A stretch of DNA of 64,000 nucleotides, taken from the human T2T-CHM13v2.0 reference genome, Homo sapiens. Shown piece by piece: positions 49,626-64,000 of the stretch. The translations under genes and the position numbers were made by a program. Within the stretch, counting starts at the first letter, position 1; each line of letters begins with the position of its first letter. The stretch lies in NCBI RefSeq assembly GCF_009914755.1, contig NC_060925.1. The stretch is one strand, 5' to 3'. The notes under the pieces are model-generated. The model saw nothing but the letters and a program-made list of their open reading frames with translations. It searched no databases and was not told where the DNA came from.

Positions 49626-49792
49626 CCGGAAGTGCCATCTGCTTTTGCCACAGATTCATGGCTGTGAGTGTGGCTCAGGCAATAACCACAGTAGACCCTT
49701 GGTTAACTCCTGCTGTGGTTCCGCCAGGAAGCCTGGCATGAACAGTTGTGTCCAGGAAATCTTTTCCCTGATTTCACTAGCTTGTTTTATCT
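49626..49792. promoter_or_regulatory. Candidate haematopoietic enhancer core
   Basis: ETS CCGGAAGTG, E-box CATCTG, RUNX AACCACA and TGTGGTT, MYB CAGTTG, two more GGAA cores, GATA TTATCT. Confidence 0.5.
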
Positions 49793-51067
49793 GCCTGACA
49801 ACCTTACTCCCAGGAAGGCTTTGCAAGGCACTTTCACCTTCAGCTCTTGGAATGAATAAATACAGCTATGATTTTTTAAAAAATATCAGTCCAACAATTT
49901 CGGTATGTCCAATAAATATCATAATGACCTGTTTCACGTATCAGGAACTGTGCTGTGCACTGTCAGAGATAAAATGGTGAAAAATGCCATTCTCTTTAAT
50001 CCTTTTGAGGCCCTGCTGGCATGAAATCGTGTTAGTGCTCAAGGGAAGGTACAATGGCTGAACACATAGTTTCCACCTTTTCACACTCAACTACAGTACA
50101 GATTAATCACGGTGTCATAGGAGGGAGCCAGACTTGGCATCAGATCCTGGATTCAAATCTTGCCACCTTCACTTGATGACTGTCTGGTACTGAACAAGGT
50201 ACTCTTTCAACCTCTTACTCCTCATCTACCAAGAAGGAGGTCATAATTCCTCCTGGCAGTGAGGTTGGGTGAGGAATAAATGCTGGCACATTGTTTATGA
50301 GCCTAAGGCATAATAGATGCTGAGAAAAGGTTTATTTCCTTCTTTCCTTAAGGAGCTTAGAGGCTAATAGATAACAACTGGTCCTGCTGTAACTAACACA
50401 CACTGCTGACTGTCATACAATCTCAACTAGGGGTGTGAAAGCATGCCGAGGTGGCCTTTTGAGGTTTGTTGCATATGCTTGGGGAAAAACGCTCAGATTA
50501 GCATTGCCGGGGGCCGTTTCCTGGGCTCCTTCCTGCAGGGCCTGTTTCGGGGCCCTCCACCCAAATCCACTCCGGGAGGAGTAAGTTTCGGGGCCTTTAT
50601 TACCCACTTGTGATTAGGGATCAGAAGTGGCCAGTCGGGGTGGGTTGGCAGTGACTTGCACCCAAGGGAAGGATGGGAGCCCACAAGAGTGGCAGGGCTC
50701 TGGGGAGAGAGGCAGGCTAACCAGTAGAAGTGAATAGGATGTGCTAAAGTATTCCCTTGAGAGTGGAAATACCATACAGAAGACTTGGATATGTGGTTTT
50801 CACCCTAAACCAAGCTGAGGAACCAGCACCAAATGCTTAACAAACACACAAACAAAAACAAAAACCCCCCTCTGGGTGGCCCAATGCTGTAGCACTTCAC
50901 TTTTCATGGGACCTTGCAGCTTACATGCAGCATTCAAAGACATGAGTTTATTTGGGCCTTCCAATATCCGAGCTTGGTAGGTAGGCTAATTTCATCACTT
51001 CATTGTACAGAGGAAAAATCTGAGATTCAGAGAAGTTACACAACTTGCCAAGATCACATCTAAGTAG

Positions 51068-51515
<448 letters not shown>

Positions 51516-53780
51516 TAGCAACAGAAGTTTTTTTACTGTGTACATGGAAACTCAGATAAAGACTCTATTTCCCAACTTCCCTTGCAGCTACAATTGTTCA
51601 TGTCATTGTTTGGGACAACATGAGATATAAGTAGAGGTGATATGTGCAATCCTCAAGGCCAGACTCTTAAAAAGAAGTTGCATGTTCTCCTCCATCTTGA
51701 TGGTAGGGATGCAAGATGTGATGATAGGAGCTGAGCAAGACATTTTGTGGTGTACCAGCTCTGAACCACTCACCTGGAATTTTATGTGAGAGAGATAAAC
51801 TTAAGTTTAAGCCATTATATTTTGGGTTTATTTGTTACAGAAGCCTAACATTTACTCTAACTAACATGGGTATATGGATCTGATAATAGTCCTTAGGAAA
51901 GAAGACTGTGGAACAATCATGAAAAAAGAATAGGAGTTAAAGCCTGCAGGACATGTTACCAGTATGTTCTGCCCTTGCAGAGTCTCCTGAATTCTGTTCC
52001 CTGTGTTGGGCCTCATCCTTAGGCACACAGAGGGTGTCCCCTCAAATTCTTATTTCATCAAAATTGAGCCAACAATTGCCCTTTCTCTCAAATTGATTTC
52101 AGGTGGCATGACTCAAAGAGCACCAGACTTAAGGTCAGAAGATCTGAAGTCTAATTCCGGCTCGGTTTTTTCTGCCGTTCACAGTTATTTAATCTCTCTG
52201 AGCTTAGCTTTCCTCATCTATAAACTGAAGATGATGGTATCTGCCTCCAGGATTATTGTGACAATTGGCTTAGCTCAATGCTTGGCACAAAACAGACACT
52301 TCATACTCTCCCTCCTTCCCAGCCCCTCTGCCTTGCCGCATGCAGAACAGCCATGTGTCACATTAGTACAGTAAAGACCCCCATCGTCTCTTGTCTCACC
52401 GGCCCACCAAGGAAAAACACACTGGGAAATGTATCCAAGGACTTATCGGCCCTAAGGCCACAGGGCTTAGGCTTTGGTGAGCAGAGAGTGGAGGCCTAGA
52501 GTAATGTTGGCAGAATCCAAGAGTCTTTTTAAAAGGAGGGGCGGATCAGTGAAACCCGGAGCAAAAGAGCCTTGCAGCATTTGGGAAACACAACAGTGGG
52601 CTCCTTTATGTGGATGAAGTGCTGAGATCATGATCAGAGCCTCTGGGCTCTTGGCATGACCTTTCGGGTCAGAGGTACCTGACAAGACTGGCTGGTTGGT
52701 TCAAGTTCAGGGTGTCACAGTTCTGGTGGCTCCAGTCTCCACTGAGAAACCTGGGAAAATCTTTCTGCTGGACAGCCCAGGGGCTGACATCAACCTGAAC
52801 TGCTACCAAGTATCAGGAGAAGCTTTCTTAACAAGTCAGGAACAATGAGACATTGTGCAGGCAGGTAGATCACAGTCTGTGTCCAAATCCCACAAGAAGA
52901 ATTCTTAAGTATCTGCTTTCAGCCCCTGGAGACAGGAGTTTTTCATCTGGGGTCCTAAACTCCTCAACCACAACCTCTGGCCACGTTCTTGGCCCTCACC
53001 GGTCCCCATGTATCTCCTCTCTGGTAGTGGGACCCCAAATACATATATGGCTCCACTACCAGGGGGCCTGCAGGATTCCTGGAGGCTGAACTCCAATTCC
53101 CACTTTTCCATCCTTATCAGAAGCCTGACTGTCCTGTCCCTCTCATCCTAATCTAATCCAGTCAAGTTCAGGGTTTGCCAGCACACCAGGGCCTTCTCCT
53201 CTCCAACCAGACAGTGATTGAGGCTCCGGGATGGTAGAGTATGAGTCAGATCAGACCAGCGCCAGCACAGCTCTCCTTCCTCTATTGGTATTTCCCAGAG
53301 TGTACGTGCAAGTTTTAGATAACATAGGAATAAAAATTTATTGTAGCCCTGTGTTTATTGTAATAGGTATAAAAAATCAGTAGCTCATTGGAGTGGTGAT
53401 TTCATGGATATCATTACTTAGTGTAATGCAAAATTTAAAAAGTAAATTAATTTAATATAGATCTCAAACTTACTGAAAAAAGTCATGGTATGGATGGCCC
53501 ATGACACCAAAAAAAAAATGGTGCTGGGAAAATGCTCTTCACTATGCTGATTCTCTGGTCAAAAATGAGAAATATGATTTTTCAATTGACCCAAATACTC
53601 CTTCCAGCTGATAAATACAGTCTCTTTTGAGGAAGATTATTTACCTGTGAAGTCACATTAAGATAGCAATAGATTAAACAGATCAGATTTGCATTTTAGA
53701 GAGGTGATTCTGAAATAGAGTTGCCAGATAAAATACAGAATACCCAATTCAATTTGAACTTCAGATTGATTATTGCATGG

Positions 53781-56464
53781 TGATATGGTTTGAATCTGTC
53801 CCCACTCAAATCTCATGTTGAATTGTAATCCCCAGTGTTGAAAGTGGGGCCTGGCCGGGCGCGGTGGCTCACGCCTGTAATCCCAGCACTTTGGAAGGCT
53901 GAGGCAAGGTCAGGAGATCGAGACCATCCTGGCCAACACGGTGAAACCCTGTCTCTACTAAAGATACAAAAAAAAAAAAAAAAAAAAATTAGCCAGGCAT
54001 GGTGGCAGGTGCCTGTAGTCCCAGCTACTTGGGAGGCTGAGGCAGGAGAATGGTGTGAACCCAGGAGGTGGAGCTTGCAGTGAGCCGAGATCGACACTGC
54101 ACTCCAGCCTGGGTGACAGAGCAAGACTCCGTCTCAAAAAAAAAAAAAGAAAGAAAGAAAGTGGGGCCTGATAGGAGGTGATTGGATCATGGGGTCAGGG
54201 TTTTCATGAATGGTTTAGCGCCATCCACTTGGTGCTGTCCTCATGCTAGTGATTGAGTTCTCACAAGATCTTGTTGCTTACATGTGTTTGGCACCAGCCA
54301 CTGCCCTTGGTCCTGTTCCTGCCATGTAAGATGTCTGCTCTGGCTTTGCCTTTTGCCATGAGTAAAAGCTCCCTGAGGCGTCCCCAGAAGCAGATGCTGT
54401 TATGCTTCCTGGACAGCCTGTGGAACTGTGAGCAAATTAAACCTCTTTTCCTTATAAATGACCCAGTCTCAGGTATTTATTTACAGCAATACCAGAATGA
54501 ACTAATACAGAAAATTGGTACTGAGAAGTAGGGCATTGCTATAAGAATACCTGAAAATGGAAGTGACTTTGGAATTGGGTAGCAGGCAGAGGTTGGAGGA
54601 GTATGGAGGGCTCAGAAGATTGGAAGATGGGGGAAAATTTGGAACTTCCTAGAGACTGCTTGAATTGTGACCAAAACGCTGATGGTGATATGAACAATGA
54701 AGGCCAGGCTGAGGAGGTCTCAGATGGAGATGGGGAACTTACTGGGAACTGGAGCAAAGGTCACTTTTGTCATGCATTAGCAAAGAACTCATAGGCATTA
54801 TGCCCCTGCCCTAAGTATCTGTGGAACTTTGAACTTGAGAATGATGATTTTAGGGTACCTGGTGAAAGAAATTTCTAAGCAGTAAAGCATTCAAGATGTG
54901 ACCTGGCTGCTTCTAGTAACCTATGCTCATATGATGAGCAAAGAAATGATCTGAAACTGTAACTTATATTTAAAAGGGAAGCAGAGCATAAAAGCTTGGA
55001 AAATTTGAAGGCTGGCCATGTGGGAGAAAAGAAAAGCCCATTTTCAGGGGAGCAACTCAAGCCAACTACAGAAATTTGCATAACTAAAAGGAAAGCAAGT
55101 GCTGATAGCCAAGATAATGGGGAAAAGGCTGAACCTTTGTGGCACTCCTCTCATCAGAGGCCTGGAGGCCTAGGAGGGAAGAGTAGTTTCATGGGCCAGG
55201 CCTAGGGCCCCCCTGCCCTTTGCAGCCTGGGGACACTCCTCCCTGCATCCTAAGCCACTCTGGCTCCAGTTGTGGCCCAAAGAGGCCCAGGTACAACTCA
55301 GGACACTGCTTCAGAGGGTACAAACCATGAACCTTGGCAGCTTACACATTGTGTTAAGCCGGCTAATGTGCAGAGTGCAAGAGTTGAAGCTTGGGAGCCT
55401 CCACCTAAATTTCAGAGAATGAAAAGCCTGGACGTCCAAGCAGAAGTGTGCTACAGAAGTGTGGGGCCCTCATGAAGAACCTTTACTAGGGAAGTCCAAA
55501 GAGGAAATGTGGGGTTGGAACTTCCATACAGAGTCCCCCCTGGAGCACTGCCTAAAGGAGCTATGAGAAGGGGGTTACCATCTTCCAGATCCCAAAATTG
55601 TAGATCCACCAACAGCTTGCACCCTGCACCTGGAAAAGCTGCAGACACTCAATGCCAGCTCTTGAGGGGGCTGAATCCTGGAAAGCCACTGGGTGGAGCT
55701 GCTCAAGGCTTTGGGAGCCTACCCCTCATACTAGTGTGCCCTGGATGTGAGACATGGAAGCAAAGGAGATTGTTTTGGAGCTGTAAGATTTAGACTGTCC
55801 TGTTGGGTTTCAGACTTGCATGGGGCCTGTAGTCCCTTCCTTTTGGCTGATTTCTCCCTTTTGGAAAGGGGGTTTTTACCCAATCCCTATGCCTCCATTG
55901 TATCTTGGGAGTAACTAACTTGATTTTGATTTTACAGGCTCTGGACTTTTGAGTTAATGCCAAAATGAGTTAAGATTTGGGGGATTATTGGGATGTCACG
56001 ATTGTACTTTTGCAACATGAGAAGGACATGAAATTTGGAGGGGCCAAGGGTGGAATGATATGGTTTGGATCCCCACCCAAATCTTATGTTAAATTGTAAT
56101 TCCCAGTGTTGGAGGTGGGGCCTGATGGGAGGTGATTGGATCATGAGGGCAGAGTTCTCACGAATGATTTAGCACTATCCCCTCAGTGCTATTGTCATGA
56201 GAGTGATGGAGTTCTCACAAAATCTGGTTGTTTAAAAGTCCATGGCACCTCCTCCTGTCTGTCAGTCCTGTTCCTGCCATGTAAGACACCTGCTCCTGTT
56301 TTGCTTTCCACCATAAGTAAAAGCTCCCCAAGGACTCCCCAGAAGCAGATGTCATTATGCTTCCTATACAGCCTGCAGAACTGTGAGCCAATTAAACCTC
56401 TTTTCCTTATAAATTACTCAGTCTCAGTTATTTCTTTATAGCAATGTGAGAACAGACTAATACA
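53781..56464 (+). mobile_element. Two-LTR MST MaLR (LTRs 53781-54509 and 56056-56464) inserted in MER33; Alu 53853-54156 in the 5' LTR
   Basis: Paired tgatatggttt...actaataca LTRs around MST-int. Perfect TSD catgg. Alu TSD gaaagtggggcct. Confidence 0.92.
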
Positions 56465-59400
56465 CATGGGAGATATTTATACTAAAAATTACTTATCAAT
56501 AGTTTGATGTTCAAATTTAACCGGATGGCTTGTATTTTTATTTGATAAACCTGACAGCCTTACTCTGAAAGTTTAAGTTAATCTCGGCTCCTCCTACTTA
56601 CTCCCACATCCTAATATGTACTTAATCCCTGGAAAATCAAACTTGTAGTGTCTTTCAACCCTCTTTTTTCCTCTCCAGCTTAGGTCTTCAACTCTCCTGA
56701 CTTGTTTTCCTGTCTGCAAAATTGCCTCTGATTCCTTCTGCTGTCGGAATCATCTTCCTAAAATGTAAATCTGACCCCTGCAAAACAGCTCTTAAGATGT
56801 TGCCCTTTCTCCTACTGACAAAGTCCAAATTCCTTTGCATGTCCAATTCCAGCCCCTGTTCCTCTCTGTCATCCCCGCCACAATGGACTTTGCTTTTCCC
56901 TCTGTACAGTGCACCCCTTTGTGTATCCTCCAGTTTGCTCCTGATAGCTTCACAGCCTTGAAAAATCTGACTTGGGTCTTCGTTATTAACCCCAGTGCTC
57001 AGTCCTCAGTGACACCTCCTCAGCACCTTAGCTCTCACTGCTGTCGCATCTCTGCCCCAGGCTAAGAGCACTGGCTACATCTAAGACTCTATCTCAGGTT
57101 TGTAGTGGAGTACTTGAGGTGAGGTGCCAGAGTGCGGTATTGACCATAGCAGGAGGGCCTGAGGTCCTTTGAGGCACCAGGAGGTAAGAGGAAAAGAAAA
57201 GGAACTAGTACAAAGATGAAAAGAAAAAACTGGAAAATGTTGGTTCCTCCTACTTCTTTTCTATTTAAGTCTCTGTTGATTGTGCGACTGTGTGCACATG
57301 ATCTGATTTAATCCTCACGATATCCCTGCAATTTCATCACCCTGAATTTTTATAGGAAGAACTGATGACAAGAGAAGTTGGCATGATTTGCCCCCAAACA
57401 CATTCAAGAAATAGCTATATTTAGAACCCAAGTCTTTTAGTAGGAAGACCAGCCTAGTACCATTTACTGAACTCCACCACCCTACCCCACCTCATCCTAC
57501 CCCATATCCCCTTCTGCCTCAGACCTTGTACCCCAGGAAGAGGTCCTGGGAAACAAACCATTTCTTCTTTGCAGGCTGCATGCTCATTATTCTGTACATG
57601 ACAACTTCCTTTGGCTTAATGTGTTGAACTGGTGATTATTAGGATTTTCTCATGAATGTTTTCAGAAAAAAAAACAAAATATAAAAAAAGACTGGATTCT
57701 TTCATTGCTACTGGGGCAAAGAGCTGACTAAACAGGGCTGATGCATTTTGCAAAAGGGAAAAGGCAGGATAGAAGTCTGGAATAGAACTGGAACCCTTTC
57801 CCTGACCCCTGGATTATAGAACATTCCAGACAACATTTTCCTAGCATAAGACTTTAGCTTTCTGAGTCAGGAACTCAATTTTCTTTAGACCCTAAAAATA
57901 TTGTCTTAAATTTTTCTACCATTAGATTTCTTTTGGAAATTCAAAACATTTCCAGGTTTTTTTTCTTTTCCTTTTTTATTGTTTATTCATTATGATTACT
58001 ATTTTTGAGTTATAATACAAATAGCATAGAGTGCACAAGGGCACTGATCTTAAATGTCCTGCTTAATGAGTTCTTGCATTTGTATACACCAGCACCTGGA
58101 CCAAGATGTAAAACATTTCCATCACCTCAGAAGGGTCCCTCATGCACCTTCCCAGTCAATATCCCAGCTCAGGGGTAGCTATTATTCTAACATCTATCAC
58201 CCTGAATTAGTTGTGCCTATTCTTGAGCGTCATAGCACATACTCTTCTGTGTCTGTCTTCTGCTCAGCATTATGTTTTTGAAATTCACCTCTGTCACGTG
58301 TGTCAGTATTTTGTTTCTTTTTATTGCCGAGTGTGGTAATATTTTATTGCATTAATATTCCACAATTTGTTGATCTGTTCTTGGACATTTGGATTGTTCG
58401 TAGTTTTGTACTATCATGGATAAAACTGATTTGTACCAATATGATAGGCTTGTATGTGTCTTTTGATAGGTATATCTACCTATTTCTCTTGGGAGCATGC
58501 CTAAGTTTGAAATTCCTGGTTCATGGAGCAGAGTCACAAATTTTTCAGGAAATGAATAAACTAAACTTTTCCAACAGCCATATGAAGAATGCTGCCCTTA
58601 AGCAAACCTTTAAAGTAGATAAAGATGTATTTACTGATCTCAAAGTTTTCAGTGACCTTTCTCTCTCCATCACCAAGAGCCTATCCTGGGTATCCGATCA
58701 CCCTGAGTCTACTCACTGTTTTTGTTCTTGTTGTTGTTATTATTTTTGTTGTTATTTTGGAAATTTATGAGGGTATACAAGTCCAGAGAGAATAGTGCTA
58801 TGAATTCCCACATGCGTGCACCCAGTTTCAACAACTATCAATGCATTCCCAATTCTGCCTCATCTATCTCTTTAACGATTTTTCACCCCTGGAAGATTTT
58901 AAAGAAAATCTCACACCTCATGTAACTTTAGCCATGGTACTTCAGTATGTATCTCTGGCAGATAAAATCTTTTATTTTTAACACAATCACTATATCACAT
59001 TCACACCTAGGAAAAGTAACATGGATTTCTTGACATCATCTAATACCATCTGTGTTCAAATTTTCCCAATTGTCTCAAAATTATTGGTGTGTTTGAATCA
59101 GGACCCAATGAAGGTACACACATTGCATTTTGCTGATACTTCTCTTAAGTCTCTTTAAATATATAACAATTCTTTCTCCCTCTTTCTTTTTTTAAAATGT
59201 TGTTTATTTGTTAAAGAAACCAGTTCATTTGATCTATAGAAATTTCCCACATTCTAGTTTTTGCTGATTAAATCCTCATGGGATGTACATGGGCCATCTG
59301 CCATGTTTCCTGTAAACTGAAAGTTAGAGCTGGAGGCTTGATTAGTCTCTGGTTTCATTTTATATTTTTTTACTTTTGCAAATATCCCATCATCATAGGT

Positions 59401-60850
59401 GGCACTTACTGCATCATATCAGGATGGGCATAATGTCTTCTTGCCTCATTTTGAAAGATGCTGCCCACCTTTCACCTGCCCTCCTCCCTTTCACTCCCCC
59501 AGGGCTTTGCTTGTTTTCTGCTCTATTCCTGCCCATCTCTCAATGCCCACATACCATATTGCCACCCCCGGCCAATCCACCAGACACACATTGTCATAGC
59601 TGTCCTACATTTCATCCACTCAAGTGTGATGTTAGTTTGTGGCTTCAACAGTTAATATCATGACTAATCACAGAAAGAGAGATAATGCACAAAGCCAAAG
59701 GGCCTTCTACCTGTCCTATCACCACTTCTCAGCCCAAATGTATGGTTTCCAACCTCAGAATCCCCACATTGGAAACTACTTTGAAAGTCAAGTCATTAGA
59801 CTCTATCAGAACATGGACATAACAAACCAAAAGTGATTGTCTGAGATTGGTTTGTGATGTTCAGTGCTGGAGAACACACATCTTTAGAAAAGAGACCACA
59901 GCTAGAAGGCTTATAAAAGTGTTGTCTTTATTGATGCCAAATCTGCTTTCTTAGAATTTTTACCCAGTTAGTCATATACCTGGACTTAGAAGTTAACCCA
60001 GAGGAGTGACACTGATGGTGGCAATTTATGGTCAGGCATATTCAGGTGTTTATTGTTTTATTCTTAAAAATTTTTTAATTGTGGTAAAAAAATCACATAT
60101 TATAAAATTTACCCTCTCAATCATTTTTTACAGTTCAGTAATGTACAGTGTACAGTTCAGTAATGTTAACCGTATTTACATTGTTGTGTAACAGATCTCT
60201 AGAACTTCTTCATCTTGCAAAACTGAAACTTTATATCTATCAAGCAATTCCTCTTTTCCTCCTTCCCCAAGTCTCTGACAACCAGTATTCTTTTGTTTCC
60301 CATGATTTTGACTACTCTAGACATATCACATAAGTAGAACCATGCAGTCCTTTGTGCCTGGCTTATTTCATTCAGCATAATGTCATCCACAAGGTTTATT
60401 CATGTTATAGCATGTGACAAAATTCTCTTTTTTTAAAGGCTGCATAATATCCCATTGAATGCATATAACACATTTTCTTTTTTGTTCTTTTTCTTTTCTT
60501 TTTTTCTGAGACAGGGTCTTGTTTGTCACCCAGACTGGAGTGCAGTGGTGCAATCATGGGCTGGCTAATTTTTGTATTTTTTTGTAAAGATGGGGTCTCA
60601 CTATATTGCCCAGGCTGGTCTCAAACTCCTAGGCTCAAGCAGTCTGCCCAACTTGGCCTCCCAGAGGGCTGGGATTACAGGCATAAGCCACCGCACCCAG
60701 CCAAACACATTTTCTTTATCCATTCATCTGTCAATGGACATGTAAGTTGCTTCCACCTCCAGGCTATTGTGAATAATGCTTCCATGAACATGGGTGTGCA
60801 AATAATCTCTTCAAGATCTTGCTTTCAATTCTTTTGAATATATACCCTAA

Positions 60851-61337
<487 letters not shown>

Positions 61338-61548
61338 TAAAAAATTAGAGAATTCTGGGTTTTTTTTCAGATAGTGGCCACCCTAATGAGTATGGGGTAC
61401 ACTCAACTATCTCATTGTGGTTTTGATTTGCATTTCTCCAGTGATTAGTGATGTTGAGCATCCTTTCATATGCTTGTTGGTTATTCATGTAACTTCTTTG
61501 CAGAAATGTCCTTTGAAGTCCTTTGCCTATTTTTTGTTATTTTTTTAA

Positions 61549-61776
<228 letters not shown>

Positions 61777-63087
61777 TGATCCTCCCACCTCAGCCTCCTG
61801 AGTAGCTAGGACTACAGGTACATGCCACCATGCCTGGCTAATTTTTTTATTTTTATTTTTTTTAGAGACAGGGTCCTGCTATGCTGCCCAGGCTGATCTC
61901 GAACTCCTAGGCTCAAGCTGTTCTCCTGCCTTGGCCTCCCAAAGTGTTGGGATAACAGGCATGAGCCACCATGCCTGGCCAGTTACTTGTTTTTCTACTG
62001 TTGAATTGTAGGAGTTCTTTATATTCTAGATATTAACCCCTTATGAGATATGTGATTTGCAATTATTTTCTCCTATTACATAGATTGTATTTTCACTGTT
62101 GGTTCCTTTAATGTGGAGGAATTTTTAAGTTTGATATAGTCTCATTTGTCCATTTTTGCTTTTGTTTCCTACACTGTCAGTGTCATATTCAAGAAATTAT
62201 TGTCAAATCCAATGTCATAAAGCTTTCCTCCTATGTTTTCTTCTAGGAGTTTTATAGTTTCAGGTCTTAGGTTTAGGTCTTTAATCCGTTTTGTGTTAAT
62301 TTTTGTATATAGTGTAAGGTAAGGGTCCAACTTCATTCTTTCACATGTGGATATCCCAGCTTTCCCAACACCATTTGTTGAAGAGATTGTCCTTTCCCCA
62401 TCATGTGGTCTTGGTAACCTTTTTGAAGATCATTTGTCCATATGCATGAGGGTTTATTTCTGGGCTCTCTATTCTGTTTCATTGGTCTATATGTCTGTCA
62501 TTATGCTCATGCCACATTGTTTTGATTATTGTAGCTTTATATTATGTTTTGAATTCAGGAAGTGTGAAGCCTCCAATTTTGTTCTTTTTCAAGATTGTTT
62601 TGGAAATTTGGGGTCCCTTGAGATTCCATACGAATTTTGAATTTTTTTTCTATTTCTGCAAAAAAAAAGCTATTGAAATTTTGATAGGTATTACATTGAA
62701 TTTGTAGATAGCTTTGGGGGTATGGCCATTTTAACAACATTAAGTCTTCTGATCCATGAACATAGAGTGTGTTTTTGTTTATTTGTGTCTTTAATTTCTT
62801 TCAGGAATGATTTGTAGTTTTCAGTGTATAGGTGTAGTTTTCAGCTTACCTCCTTGATTAAGTTTACTCCTAAGTATTTTACTATTTTTGTTGCTATTGT
62901 AAATGGGATTGTTTTCTTAATTTTTTCTTGGATTGTTCATTGTTAGTACATAAAAGCACAACTTTTTTCATGCTAATTTTGTATCATATAACTTTGCTGA
63001 ATTCATGTAATAACTCTAACTGTGTTTTGGTGTACAATTTTCAGGGCTTTCTACATATAAGATCATGTCATTTGTGAACAGAGATCA

Positions 63088-63849
<762 letters not shown>

Positions 63850-64000
63850 TGATCTGCCCTCCTCAACCTCCCAAAGTGCTGGGATTACAGGCGTGAGCCA
63901 CCATGCCAGGCCCACTTATAGTTTTACTTTTTAAAATATAGGGCTTTGAGACTGGTTTTAAAATATTAAATTTGGTTGAAACTAGTCACACATTAGAAAT

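Noticed and set aside
53053-53071. CTCF-like CCACTACCAGGGGGCCTGC
   Set aside because: Mismatches at informative positions; too weak without ChIP data.

Overview
Primate DNA, most likely human chr1q24.2 (inferred from recognising CREG1). The left end holds CREG1 exon 1 on the minus strand (CDS 1196->843, 118 codons, phase-0 GT donor) in a CpG island with a TATA-less GC/CCAAT promoter, and a near-consensus CTCF site lies ~2.5 kb upstream. The other ~62 kb is repeat-rich intergenic DNA: Alus, L1/L2/MIR, DNA transposons, two-LTR THE1 and MST elements, a MER61-type provirus, an ERVL/HERV16-like relic, and a degenerate RPS18 processed pseudogene absent from the ORF track. No other protein-coding gene is supported. 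Top observations: (1) a 42-nt, TSD-flanked, A-tailed retrocopy of an LTR transcription-start hairpin (TAR-like), whose parent segment is visible in a MER57-type LTR in this window; (2) a MER61 provirus with a perfect p53 element in its 5' LTR, while the 3' LTR has lost that element and its poly(A) signal; (3) an old-Alu/AluYa5 chimera; (4) an ORF-deleted L1 with two 3' ends at one target site; (5) a compact ETS/E-box/RUNX/MYB/GATA motif cluster. Repeat subfamily names come from recalled consensus sequences and need Dfam/RepeatMasker confirmation. Boundaries of old repeats are approximate.
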